A stretch of 58,800 nt of DNA from Candidatus Eiseniibacteriota bacterium (lineage in GTDB: Bacteria; Eisenbacteria; RBG-16-71-46; CAZEPH01): positions 1 through 58,800 of the forward strand of contig JBGATO010000019.1 in assembly GCA_044229145.1 (NCBI GenBank). Reading direction: 5' to 3'. Position 1 is the first letter of the stretch. Every line of letters begins with the position of its first letter. Shown one piece after another: positions 28,788 through 38,701 of the stretch. Position numbers and translations under genes: made by a program. Below the pieces are notes generated by a model, which worked only from the letters and a program-made list of their open reading frames with translations, had not been told where the DNA came from and ran no database searches.

Positions 28788-29741
28788 TCAGCGTTCATTC
28801 GCCTTGGCTTCGTGGCGCGAGATGAATCGCGTCATGACGATCCACGTCGCCCATCCGAACGCGACCATGCCGATGCCGAACACGGCATACGCCAGGGGCC
28901 ATGGCATGGGGTGCGTCATCATGCTCCACTCCGACATGCCGCCGATGCTCGCGATCAGATTGAGCGGCAGAAAGACGATGTTGATGAGCGTCAAGTTCTT
29001 GAGCAGGACGTTCATGTTGTTGTTGACGATGGTGCCGCGCGCGTCCATGAGCCCCGTGAGGATGGAACTGTAGATGTGCGCTTGCCGCGCGGCCTGCTTG
29101 TTTTCGAGAATGATGTCATCGAGAAGTTCGATTTGATCCTCGCTGAAGCCAAGCCGGTTCGCGACGTTGCGGAGTTTGGCCAGCACCGCGCCATTGCCTT
29201 CGATCGCGTCGCTGTAGTAGACGAGGCTTTCGCCCAGCGCAAACATGTGCAAGAGGTAGCGATTCTCCATCGACACCGTGATCTTTCGCTCGAGTTCGGA
29301 ACTGATCTGCTTGATCGCGCGCAGATGCCCCACGTAGTGTCGAATCGTGCTGAGCAGGGTCCCGAGCAGGACGTCGGCGGGGGTTGCCGCATTCCGGTAT
29401 TCGCGGGCGGAGAGCGGGATGTCGCCACTTTGCATGATGAACGCGACCCGCTCCGCCGAGAGGACGATCCCGAGCGACGACACGCCAAGCTGTGCCGGGT
29501 CATGCCCCTGGGCGTACATCGGCGTCTTCCAGACAACGAATCCTGTGCGTCCGGTCAGCTCGAGGCGCGCGACTTCTTCGGCGTCCAGGGCGGAGTCGAG
29601 GTCGTAGGGATCGAGCTCGAACCGTTCGCGAATCAAGGACTTTTCATTCTCGTCCGGTGCCACGAAGATGTGGAGGTGTGCCTCGGCACCGTCGGCCATC
29701 TGAATGCCGCGCAGCGGATCGATCGCCCATCGCGTGTACAT
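28788..29741 (-). CDS. CorA-family divalent cation transporter
   Basis: 'NNNMNVLLKNLT', two C-terminal TM helices, 'GGMSE' variant of the GMN motif. Confidence 0.88.
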   Translation of the reverse strand: MYTRWAIDPLRGIQMADGAEAHLHIFVAPDENEKSLIRERFELDPYDLDSALDAEEVARLELTGRTGFVVWKTPMYAQGHDPAQLGVSSLGIVLSAERVAFIMQSGDIPLSAREYRNAATPADVLLGTLLSTIRHYVGHLRAIKQISSELERKITVSMENRYLLHMFALGESLVYYSDAIEGNGAVLAKLRNVANRLGFSEDQIELLDDIILENKQAARQAHIYSSILTGLMDARGTIVNNNMNVLLKNLTLINIVFLPLNLIASIGGMSEWSMMTHPMPWPLAYAVFGIGMVAFGWATWIVMTRFISRHEAKANER

Positions 29742-29937
29742 CGTTCCTCCTCTCCGTCCGTGCCTCGGTGGCGCGGCGAGTATCGCGTGAGCGCCACCCC
29801 GCCGCCAGTCGCCGACAGGAGCACGCGCGCGGCATGGACTGGCACCGCCCGGGCAGCCGGGCGCGACACACACTCCCGGCGATGATGCGGCGGCGGAACG
29901 CGCCCCGCCGGCGGCAAAGGGCAGGAGGACGGACGAC

Positions 29938-31209
29938 GTGAAGTGGCGCGCGGAAGCCCTGCGGACATGGTCCGCCAACATGGCGATCGGCTTCGACGCG
30001 CTGCGCATTCACCCGCTCCGCACGGTGCTCTCGGTGCTCGGCATCATCATCGGATCTGCCTCGCTGGTCGCGACACTATCCGTGAGCGACGGCATGGTGC
30101 GATTCGCGCGCGAGCAGGTGCAGAAGCAGACGTCGGTGCAGGTGATCGTCCTCGCGTCGCGCACCAGCCGCTTCCGCGAGGGCGCGTGGGAACCGGTGCG
30201 CGACTATCCGGTCTTTACGGAGCGCGACGCCGCGCAGTTGTTTGCCGCGATTCCGGGCGCGGCGGCGGTGACGATGTCGCTCGGCGGCCGCACCACGGTG
30301 TCGCTGCACCGGCGCGAGCACACGGCGTCCGCGACGCTCGGCACCGCGGCGTTGCCGGCGTTCACGACGTTGGACATCGGCGCGGGCCGCTTCTTCACCG
30401 ACATCGAATCGTCGCGCGGCGCGCCGGTGGTCGTCCTCAACTACGCCTTGGCGCGGGAGCTGGCTCCGGGGCGCGAGCCGCTCGACATGGTCGGCCAGGA
30501 TGTGCACGTACGCGGCCGGTTGCACCGCGTCATCGGGGTGCTGGCACGCGGGGAATTCGAGGACGACGAGAATCCGTCCTTCGCGCTGTACGCGCCGATC
30601 GCGCGGGCGGCGGTGATTCTCGATCCGCCAGGCGCCGGGCGCTTCACGCCGTCGATCCAGGTGCTCGCGCCGACGGTGGAGTCGGTGACGCCGATCCGCG
30701 ACGCCGCCATCGAGTGGGTCGCCGCGCGGTACGCACACTGGGAAGACCGCGTGCGGGTCATCGTCGGTCTCGAGAACCTCGCGCAGGTCGAACAGGCGCT
30801 GTTGTTGGTGAAGCTGTTCCTCGCCGCGCTGGTGGGCATTTCGCTGGTGGTCGGCGGCGTGGGCATCATGAACGTGCTGCTCGCGTCAGTGGTCGAGCGC
30901 ACGCGCGAGATTGGCATCCGCAAGAGCGTCGGCGCGCGGTCGGCGGACATCCAGGCGCAGTTCCTCGCCGAGTCGGTGGCGATCGCGCTGGCGGGCGCGG
31001 GCATCGGCTTGCTGCTCGGCTACGGCGCGGCGGTGGTGCTCACCGCGGTGTTTCGCCATGTCACGCACGCGCCGGTGTTCGCCGTGCTCTCGCCGGGTTC
31101 GGTGGCGATCGCGGCGCTGTCGTCGTCGCTCGTCGGACTCGCGTTCGGCACGTATCCGGCGCGGCGCGCGGCGGCGTTCTCGCCGATCGTCGCGATGGCG
31201 CAGGAGTAG
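29938..31209 (+). CDS. MacB/FtsX-type ABC transporter permease
   Basis: 'RTVLSVLGIIIG', 'SLVVGGVGIMNVLLASVVERTREIGIRKSVGA', 'FGTYPARRAA'. Confidence 0.92.
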   Translation: MKWRAEALRTWSANMAIGFDALRIHPLRTVLSVLGIIIGSASLVATLSVSDGMVRFAREQVQKQTSVQVIVLASRTSRFREGAWEPVRDYPVFTERDAAQLFAAIPGAAAVTMSLGGRTTVSLHRREHTASATLGTAALPAFTTLDIGAGRFFTDIESSRGAPVVVLNYALARELAPGREPLDMVGQDVHVRGRLHRVIGVLARGEFEDDENPSFALYAPIARAAVILDPPGAGRFTPSIQVLAPTVESVTPIRDAAIEWVAARYAHWEDRVRVIVGLENLAQVEQALLLVKLFLAALVGISLVVGGVGIMNVLLASVVERTREIGIRKSVGARSADIQAQFLAESVAIALAGAGIGLLLGYGAAVVLTAVFRHVTHAPVFAVLSPGSVAIAALSSSLVGLAFGTYPARRAAAFSPIVAMAQE

Positions 31210-31219
31210 CGCGCGCGGG

Positions 31220-32695
31220 TTAGCCGCCGGCTGCCACCACCGCGGGAGCCGGCAGCCAATCGAGCAGGCAGTCGCCGGTCTTCTGGAAGCGGAACAGCGT
31301 GGTGTGGATCGCGCCGGCGTCGGGCGCGAACGTGTAACTCTGCGTGGCCGCGATCGGGAAGCCCGCGCCGGTCGCGCCAGCGACACCGAGCGTCGGCACC
31401 ACGAGATCGTTCTTCGCCTTCTCGAACACGGTGTCCATCACGGTGTCCGCGACCTTTTCCTTCACGAGATCGAGGAACGGCGAGTTGTCGTCCGGTTCGA
31501 AGTCGGCGGCGATCGCGTAGAGCGACGTGTCGCCGAGCGGTTGCGCGCCGAGACGCGCGAGGTAGGCGCTGCCCGGCGCCTGTGCCGCCAAACCCGGCAG
31601 ATGCGCGAGCCCGGCGTGCGCCAGCGTCTTCACCGCGGTGACCACCGCCTCCATCACCACCTCCACCGGGCCGTCGGGGAGGAACTGCACTACGTTGGTG
31701 TAGCGATCGAGCAGCGCCACCATGTGCGTCGCGTCGGCGAGCGCGGTGCCGCCGTTGGGCGTCGCCACGAAGACGATGCGGCCGACCTTCAGGCGGCCGG
31801 CGCCGGCCACAACGCCTTGCGGGCCCGCCGCCAGCGCGCGCGACACCAAGCCGCCGCGGCTGTGACACACGATGTCGACATCGAGCGCGAGATCGCCAGG
31901 AATCGACTCGACGAAGCGCTTCGCGTTCTCGTGCGGATCGTGCGACAGCGTCCAGTGGTTGAACGCGAACACGCGGCCGCCGAAGCGTTCGGCGAGCGTG
32001 TCGAGCGTGCGCGGCGCCAGTCCGCCGAACCCGTGGTGCGCAGTCGAGAACGTGCCGTGCACGAAGAGCAGCGCGCGGCCGGCCGCCATGCGGCGCCAGT
32101 CGGCGTCCACGAACGTCGGCACATCGCCGCGCTGGAAGTTCGTCGAGTCGAAGGCGCGCGCGCCGTACGGCGCGTGATGCGACTCCCACACGCGCGCGAT
32201 GCCCTTGCCGAGTTCGCCGATCACGAAGTCGGTGATCGGAAACACCAGCACCTTGAGGACGCGTCGCGTGATCGCCGAGAACAGGCCGCGGCGTTCGTTG
32301 GGCTGCGCGGGCGGCGTCCCGGCACGCAGCGGAATGCGGAAGCGCTGCACGGTGCCGGTGCCGCGGCGCGTGTCGGGCGCGACCGTCTCGGCGTGGATGT
32401 GCCAGTGCACGATGCCGCCGGGACCTGTCTCGAGGACGACCTGCGCGTGACCGTCGGGCGGCGGCGGTACGTCGAGTTCGGCGACGTCGGCCGCGCCGAC
32501 CACGCCGGCGCGGCGTTGCTTCGCCGCCGGTGATCCGGGCTCGAGGTCGACGAGCGGCGCGCTGTCGGCCGCACGGCGTTCGCCGCGCGGAGTGAGGGCG
32601 AATTCTCCGGCGCCGGATGCGCCCGGAACGCGAAGCGACCAGCCAGGACTCAGCTCGGTGGCCGGTCCGTCGTGCCGAAGGCGGAAGCTGCTCAC
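31220..32695 (-). CDS. Alpha/beta-hydrolase (lipase-like) with N-terminal extension
   Basis: 'FVHGTFST', nucleophile elbow 'CHSRGG', 'ATPNGGT', 'NDLVVP', 'IHTTLF'; AAGGAG RBS. Confidence 0.85.
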   Translation of the reverse strand: MSSFRLRHDGPATELSPGWSLRVPGASGAGEFALTPRGERRAADSAPLVDLEPGSPAAKQRRAGVVGAADVAELDVPPPPDGHAQVVLETGPGGIVHWHIHAETVAPDTRRGTGTVQRFRIPLRAGTPPAQPNERRGLFSAITRRVLKVLVFPITDFVIGELGKGIARVWESHHAPYGARAFDSTNFQRGDVPTFVDADWRRMAAGRALLFVHGTFSTAHHGFGGLAPRTLDTLAERFGGRVFAFNHWTLSHDPHENAKRFVESIPGDLALDVDIVCHSRGGLVSRALAAGPQGVVAGAGRLKVGRIVFVATPNGGTALADATHMVALLDRYTNVVQFLPDGPVEVVMEAVVTAVKTLAHAGLAHLPGLAAQAPGSAYLARLGAQPLGDTSLYAIAADFEPDDNSPFLDLVKEKVADTVMDTVFEKAKNDLVVPTLGVAGATGAGFPIAATQSYTFAPDAGAIHTTLFRFQKTGDCLLDWLPAPAVVAAGG

Positions 32696-32710
32696 GATGC
32701 GATCTCCTTC

Positions 32711-34729
32711 TCAGCTCTTCCGCGCAAACCGAAGGGCTGGGTGGCCATAGTAGACGTAGGCGAGATAGGTGTCGGGCGCGGCGGCCCCGGCGGTCGCGAA
32801 CTGCGCGCGGAGCTCGCGGAGGACCGCTGCCACCGGTTCGCCGTCGTCGAGGGTGCGGCGATAGAACTCGAGCGCGATCTCGCGCGCGACGTGGCTCTCG
32901 ACCTTCCACAGCGGGCCGATGAAGCCGCGGCAGCCTTCGGCGAGCGCGGCGCCCGCGAACCCCGCGGGTTCGCCGAGCGCGACGCCGGCGCGGCCGACTT
33001 CGCAGGCATTGAGAAAGAGGAACGGCGCCCAGCGCGCGCCGATCTCCGCGCCCTCGAGGGTTGTGGGTGTGAAGCGTGTGTTGTCTTGCATGATCAGCGC
33101 GGAGGTCGCCGGCGCGCCGGTGGCGGAGCGCCCATGGCAGGCGAAGTGCACGACCTCCGCGCCATCGGCCGGCTCGCGTGCTTCGAGGAACGGTACGAGG
33201 TCGGCGCTGGTGAGATCGATGCGCGTCGCGTGCGCGCTCGCGTGCCCGACGAGATCCTGCGCTTCTGCCACCGCCTCCGGCAGACTGAGGCCGGAGTCCG
33301 CTGCATAGTCGCCCACCACGACGACCATGCGATGCCACGGCAGCGTGTGTTCCGGCGGCAGCGCAGGGCGGCCGCGCCCCAAGATCCATCGCCCGAAATT
33401 GACCTGCGCGCCGAGATGCGCGGGCCGCGTGGCATCGAGCGCGTCGCGCATCCACGCCAACTCCCACGGAATGCGCGTCTCCTCGGTGACGAACAACACG
33501 TCGGGCGGCCGCTGCACGAACGCGGCGACCTCGCGCAGCGCGATCCAAAATGCCGGCGGCATGCAGCGTTCGATCTGCTTGCCGATGCCTTTGATCTGCA
33601 GCGCATCGAGTGCGCTGCCGGCGAGATCGACGATCTGCTGCAGCACGTCGTCGACGAACGCGCCGACGTCGGCGTCGAGTTCGGTGAGTGCCGCCGTCTC
33701 GGGCAGCGGCACCGGATGCGGCGAGGCCACGCTCCACACGAAGCCCTCGCGGGTGCCGCGCGCGTCGGCGAGCCGCACGGTGACGGTGAGATCCGCCGGC
33801 GTCATGCCCGGCTTCACCTGCACCGGCACGCCGGCCGGCGCGGCGGGCGCGGCGGGCGTCACCGCGACGGGATCGCCGAAGCCGACGTGCACCGTACGCT
33901 GCGCCTGCCCGCACAAGTTGTGCTCGTAGAAGAACTGCACCGCGATCGTGCGTTGCGCGAGTTCCGGATCCATCTGCAGCGCGACCAGCGGCACACGCAC
34001 GCTGTGGGTCGTGGGCGCATCGCGCACCACGTGGAGGTCGTGCTCCCAACCATTCGGCGCATCGAACCCGACCGCCACCACGCGCACCTGCACGTCGAAC
34101 TCGGCCGGTGCGTCGACCACCGCGACCGGCCCGCCCGCCACGCCCGGTTGGCGCGTCGCCGCGAATCCGATCTCGAGGTCGAACGCATCGTAGAGGCGCA
34201 CGGCGTCCGGCGCGTCGAGCTTGGGCCAGGCGGCAAACGGCGCACGCACCGCGGAAGGTGGTGCCGCATCATCCGCCGCCGGCGGCGGCGAGGCCGATTT
34301 CTTGCCGCCGCCGTGCGGCACGTCCTTCGACACCGGCGACGGGGCGATATCGACTGCCGGAGGAGGCGGCGCGATCCCAGGCGCATCCGCCATCAATACC
34401 TGCTCGAACACGCCGGCGATGCGGCCGCGCGCATTGAGCACCACCGCGCCCGGCCGTTCCGCCGCGCCACTCGGCGCGCTCTCCTGAAAGACCGGCGCGC
34501 TGGTGTACTCGTGGAGGTCCATCGCGCGCTGCAGCGTGGCATCTGGCGGCTGCGATTGCAGCGCGTCGATCAGTCGCGGAACGACGCTGGTGTACCAGTA
34601 GATCTGCCCGTGGCCCGCATCGCGCCGCACGATGGCGTAGTGCGCGTGGGCATGGCGCAACAAGAGCGCCAGCGCGTCGGCCACCGTCTGGCCCGCGTCG
34701 AGCAACACATACGAACGATCGATCCGCAT
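32711..34729 (-). CDS. CHAT-domain (caspase-like) protease
   Basis: 'IPWEL', catalytic His 'VHFACHG', catalytic Cys 'FLNACE', 'FIGPLWKV', 'AYVYYGHP'. Confidence 0.9.
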   Translation of the reverse strand: MRIDRSYVLLDAGQTVADALALLLRHAHAHYAIVRRDAGHGQIYWYTSVVPRLIDALQSQPPDATLQRAMDLHEYTSAPVFQESAPSGAAERPGAVVLNARGRIAGVFEQVLMADAPGIAPPPPAVDIAPSPVSKDVPHGGGKKSASPPPAADDAAPPSAVRAPFAAWPKLDAPDAVRLYDAFDLEIGFAATRQPGVAGGPVAVVDAPAEFDVQVRVVAVGFDAPNGWEHDLHVVRDAPTTHSVRVPLVALQMDPELAQRTIAVQFFYEHNLCGQAQRTVHVGFGDPVAVTPAAPAAPAGVPVQVKPGMTPADLTVTVRLADARGTREGFVWSVASPHPVPLPETAALTELDADVGAFVDDVLQQIVDLAGSALDALQIKGIGKQIERCMPPAFWIALREVAAFVQRPPDVLFVTEETRIPWELAWMRDALDATRPAHLGAQVNFGRWILGRGRPALPPEHTLPWHRMVVVVGDYAADSGLSLPEAVAEAQDLVGHASAHATRIDLTSADLVPFLEAREPADGAEVVHFACHGRSATGAPATSALIMQDNTRFTPTTLEGAEIGARWAPFLFLNACEVGRAGVALGEPAGFAGAALAEGCRGFIGPLWKVESHVAREIALEFYRRTLDDGEPVAAVLRELRAQFATAGAAAPDTYLAYVYYGHPALRFARKS

Positions 34730-34854
34730 CGCGCGTCCTCCCTGACCGTTCCCGTGGTCAGTCTGCGCGCGGGGCCGCGGCGAACGCAACCCCTCGGGCG
34801 GCGGTCGCTCCGTCGCCGCGGCACGACCTTTGGTTGCACGCGGGGTCTCGCGGA

Positions 34855-35151
34855 TCAATTCCAGCGCGGATGCAACACCATGGCCGCGAGGAGAAACAGG
34901 AGATAGCCGAAAGCCGGCACGGCGGGAAACGCCAGCAGGGCGAACGCCAGCGGCGCGAGACCGCGGCGCTGCAGCGCGCGGCTGCCCCACAGAATCAATG
35001 CGAGCCCGCCGAGGATCTCGAGCCAAATCCGGATGTTGAACGACGACACGGTGCCGTGCGCCAGTCCGCTGACGAAGAAGTAGCCGAACACGGCGAGGAC
35101 GATCGCGTCGAAGGTCCAGAGCACGCGGAACACGGTCGAGGTGAGCTTCAC
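34855..35151 (-). CDS. Small three-TM membrane protein
   Basis: 98 aa hydrophobic ORF ending HPRWN. Confidence 0.7.
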   Translation of the reverse strand: MKLTSTVFRVLWTFDAIVLAVFGYFFVSGLAHGTVSSFNIRIWLEILGGLALILWGSRALQRRGLAPLAFALLAFPAVPAFGYLLFLLAAMVLHPRWN

Positions 35152-35226
35152 GCCGCCAGACTAGCGCGCGGGCGGGCGGGCGGCCAGGGGTTTGCGCCAC
35201 GCGAGCGGCACGCTAGGATGCGCGCC

Positions 35227-35877
35227 ATGCACGACGGCACATCCACGACACCGGACGACGGCATCGACGCTGGCAAATTCGGCGACTGGCTCGCAGCCAC
35301 CCGCGAGGTGTTGCGCGGTCGCGGCGAGGCGTCGGTGCCGTGCGGCGATTGCACCGCGTGCTGCCGCGCGTCGTACTTCATCCACGTCGCGCCGGACGAC
35401 GGCGCCGCGCGCGCCGCGATTCCCGCCGACATCCTCGTCCCCGCGCCCGGCCTGCCGCGCGGACATCACGTGCTCGGGTTCGACAAAGCCGGCCGCTGCC
35501 CGATGTTCCGCGGCGGTGCGTGCGGCATCTACGACGTGCGGCCGCGCACCTGCCGCGAGTACGACTGTCGCATCCTCGCCGCCGCCGGACTCTCGGCGGG
35601 CGGCACGGAGAAGCGCGCCGTGGACGATCGCGTGCGGCGCTGGCGGTTCGCCTATCCCACCGACCACGACCGCGCGCTGCATCAGGCGGTGCGTGACGCC
35701 GCGTGGTTCCTGCAACGGCACGCCCGCCGATTCCCAGAAGGTTTCCTGCCCGGCAATCCGACGCAACTCGCGATGGTCGCCGTGATGGTGGCAGACCACT
35801 TCCTCGGCAACTGGCGGGCGCGCGAGGCGGGCGTCATCGCGGCCGAACTCGTCGACCTCCGCGCCCGCGGCGTGTGA
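35227..35877 (+). CDS. YkgJ-family (CxxCxxCC) cysteine-cluster protein
   Basis: 'CGDCTACC', 'CPMF..CGIYDVRPRTCREYDC'; start at 35218 or 35227. Confidence 0.88.
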   Translation: MHDGTSTTPDDGIDAGKFGDWLAATREVLRGRGEASVPCGDCTACCRASYFIHVAPDDGAARAAIPADILVPAPGLPRGHHVLGFDKAGRCPMFRGGACGIYDVRPRTCREYDCRILAAAGLSAGGTEKRAVDDRVRRWRFAYPTDHDRALHQAVRDAAWFLQRHARRFPEGFLPGNPTQLAMVAVMVADHFLGNWRAREAGVIAAELVDLRARGV

Positions 35878-35899
35878 CCACCGACCCCTGCGCGGGGCG

Positions 35900-38611
35900 C
35901 TAACGCCCCGCCGCGTCCTTCAGCGGATCACCGAAGATCGACTTGCCGGCAAGCGCCGTCGCCATGCCATACAGCATGAGCGCGACGACGAAACCCATCG
36001 CCATCAGGCTCGGGCCCGCATACCAGGCGGACAAATCGAGCGTGCCCGCGACGTTGATCAACACGAGGAGGACGAGATTCGCCGCGACGTTCGAAAGCAG
36101 TCCCACGCGCAACACGAGGAAGATCATGCCGGCGTTCTGAATCAGCGTGACAACCGACGGCAGGATCCAATCGGTCCCCGACGTCGGCATGCCGCTGAGC
36201 AGGGGCACGCCCACGCGGATTGCCAGGACAGCGGCCACCGCCGCCCACGTCCGGCGCAGCACGAGCCGCAGGACGAGGACGTACACCAGGGCCGTCAGCG
36301 TGTCGAGGATGCAGACCGAGCCACCATATGCCATCGACCAGCCGGCGTTGCCGAGGCTCGATGCCGACAGCAACATTCCGCCCGTCGTGAGCGGCCACCA
36401 CGACAGACCCGCCCAACGCGGCCCTACGCAGAGCAGCGCGGCGGTCAGCATCGTGATCGTCACGCCGCCCGCACTGCCGATGAGCAGATCGCGCCCCACG
36501 AGCGGATCGCGCAGGCGTCCGGAGAGCACACGCGTCCACGAGACCAGCATCCGCGGCCACAACCGCCGCACGTACGGTTCGAGGGCGATGTACGAGAACC
36601 ACATGGTGACGCCATGGATGAATGCGTGCCCGAGGGTGCGGCCATACGTCCATCCCTGCAGGACCGGCAGCAGTCCGGTTTCCGAGAGTCGCGCGGGAAA
36701 CGCATTCTCCAGGATGTTCATGGTGAAGACGAACACGGCGATGCGCGTGGCGCCCTTGCGATCGCCGCGTCCGAGCAGGATGTTGCGCCGCGCGAAGAAG
36801 AGCGAGGCGACGAACGGCACGAGACCGTTCAGCAACCAGTTCACCCACCCACCTACGTCGTTAGATGGCGGAGGAGTGGGGCGCAGGGGCGACACGGAGT
36901 TGCCCCACGCGTGCACGATCGCGAACTGCACGAGACGACCGCGCGAGGCGCCGGCCTGCACGGTGACCTTTTCGTGCGTGCCCCACGGCAGCGTGCCGGT
37001 CCACGCCGCCGCGCTGTCGCACGTCGCCGGCCGTGGCAGCGGCAGTGGCGCCGGCGTGAAGGCGGCCATGTCGAGACCCGCAGCGGTGAAGAGCGGCTTC
37101 CAGTCCGGCACGCCTCCGGGCGCTGCCGCGACGGAGTCCGGCGGCATCGCCTCGAGGCCGACGAGATGCCCGGCAGGATCGAGAAGGACGCGCGCTTGTC
37201 CCTGCGCCAAGAGAGGCGGATCGTTCTCGCTGACCTGTTCGTTATGGATGTGCGGCGATGCCAACTGAAGCGGGCTCCATCGCCGCCAGTAGAACGCCGC
37301 GTCCTGCACGCGCGGCTTGTCCGCCGCGGCCTTGGAAAGATTCTCGAGGCGCTTGGAGTTGAAGCTGTAGCCATCGGCGGTAAAGGCGGGAGGCGCCACG
37401 AAAGCATGCGTCTGCGTGAGGACGTCGGTGGCGCGCACCGCGAGCACGGACGTGGGCTGCGTGAGTTGTCGCAACTCGGGCCCAACGAGCGCGGACCACA
37501 GCGCGAGGCTCACGAGCCCGACTGCCGCGCAGCCAAACGCGAACAGCGGCGACATCGTGCCGCGGTCCTGCGCGTTGGCGACGAGTTCCGGCGAGGGCAT
37601 CTCGCCAGCGGCGAGCGCGGCGGCGAGCGGGTCGCCCCCCGGCAGGCCGCCGAGCACCGCGTACGCCGACGGTGGCCGCAGCTCCGGATTCTTGTCGAGA
37701 CAACGCATCACGACGCGCTCGACCACCGGATCGAGATCGCGCACCAGCGACGTCGGCGTGGTGAGCGTTTCCGTCTCGTGCAGCTGTCGCAGCTCGTTCA
37801 CATTGGTCGACGTGAACACGCGCCGGCCGGTGAAGATCTCGTAGAGCACCAGGCCGAGCGCGTAGATGTCGCTGCGCACCGAGACTTGGCCGTGGGTGAG
37901 TTGCTCCGGGGCCATGTACGCCGGCGTGCCGGCCACACTGCCTTCGCGCGCGAGGTCTTCCGCGAGGCCGGCGAGGCCGAAGTCGGTGATCCGCACGCGG
38001 CCGCGGCCGTCGATCATGATGTTCGCCGGCTTGAGGTCGCGGTGTAGCATTCCGGCTTCGTGCGCGGCGGCGAGCCCGAGGCAGATCTGCCGCGCGATCT
38101 CGATCGCCTTGTCGTTCGACGGGCGGCCCATGCGGCGCAACACGCTCGCGAGGTCTTCGCCGTCGACGTACTCCATCGACAGGAAGACGTGGCCTTCGGC
38201 TTCGCCGATGTCGTAGACGCGGCAGACGTTGGGATGCGCGATCTGGCGCGCGACGCGGACTTCGGTGCGGAAGCGCGCGAGATCGGTGGCGCTGTGGCTC
38301 ACCGTCTCGGGCAAGAACTTGAGCGCGACCGACTGGCCAAGTTCGAGATCGTCGGCGCGATAGACTTCGCCCATGCCGCCGCGCCCGAGCAGGGCGACGA
38401 TGCGGTAGCGCGTGCCGAGCCGCGTGCCGGGATCGAAGCGGCCGTGGATGCTCGACGACGGCGAACTATCGAGTAGTGGCGAGGCGGGCGCGGTGATGTC
38501 CGGCGCCGTCATGGTCGGCGGTGCGGCAACCGGGGCGGCAGGCGTGCCGCACGCGGGGCAGAAGCGAGCATCCGGCGAGAGCGCATGCGCGCAGCCCGGG
38601 CAGAATGGCAT
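35900..38611 (-). CDS. Hanks-type Ser/Thr kinase with N-terminal zinc ribbon and multi-TM C-terminus
   Basis: CPGC/CPAC; 'GRGGMGEVY', 'VALK', 'HRDLKPAN', 'DFG', 'GTPAYMAPE'. Confidence 0.95.
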   Translation of the reverse strand: MPFCPGCAHALSPDARFCPACGTPAAPVAAPPTMTAPDITAPASPLLDSSPSSSIHGRFDPGTRLGTRYRIVALLGRGGMGEVYRADDLELGQSVALKFLPETVSHSATDLARFRTEVRVARQIAHPNVCRVYDIGEAEGHVFLSMEYVDGEDLASVLRRMGRPSNDKAIEIARQICLGLAAAHEAGMLHRDLKPANIMIDGRGRVRITDFGLAGLAEDLAREGSVAGTPAYMAPEQLTHGQVSVRSDIYALGLVLYEIFTGRRVFTSTNVNELRQLHETETLTTPTSLVRDLDPVVERVVMRCLDKNPELRPPSAYAVLGGLPGGDPLAAALAAGEMPSPELVANAQDRGTMSPLFAFGCAAVGLVSLALWSALVGPELRQLTQPTSVLAVRATDVLTQTHAFVAPPAFTADGYSFNSKRLENLSKAAADKPRVQDAAFYWRRWSPLQLASPHIHNEQVSENDPPLLAQGQARVLLDPAGHLVGLEAMPPDSVAAAPGGVPDWKPLFTAAGLDMAAFTPAPLPLPRPATCDSAAAWTGTLPWGTHEKVTVQAGASRGRLVQFAIVHAWGNSVSPLRPTPPPSNDVGGWVNWLLNGLVPFVASLFFARRNILLGRGDRKGATRIAVFVFTMNILENAFPARLSETGLLPVLQGWTYGRTLGHAFIHGVTMWFSYIALEPYVRRLWPRMLVSWTRVLSGRLRDPLVGRDLLIGSAGGVTITMLTAALLCVGPRWAGLSWWPLTTGGMLLSASSLGNAGWSMAYGGSVCILDTLTALVYVLVLRLVLRRTWAAVAAVLAIRVGVPLLSGMPTSGTDWILPSVVTLIQNAGMIFLVLRVGLLSNVAANLVLLVLINVAGTLDLSAWYAGPSLMAMGFVVALMLYGMATALAGKSIFGDPLKDAAGR

Positions 38612-38701
38612 GGGTCGAGATCCTGGGGATGAGGATGGACGCGAACGGGCGCTCCTGGCAGCCGGAGTGCGGGGAAGCCTACCACGTCCCTCGGCGCGCC
38701 G

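Noticed and set aside
29742..29937. Mg2+ (M-box) riboswitch upstream of the corA-like gene
   Set aside because: No recognisable ykoK consensus by eye; an Infernal/Rfam scan would be needed
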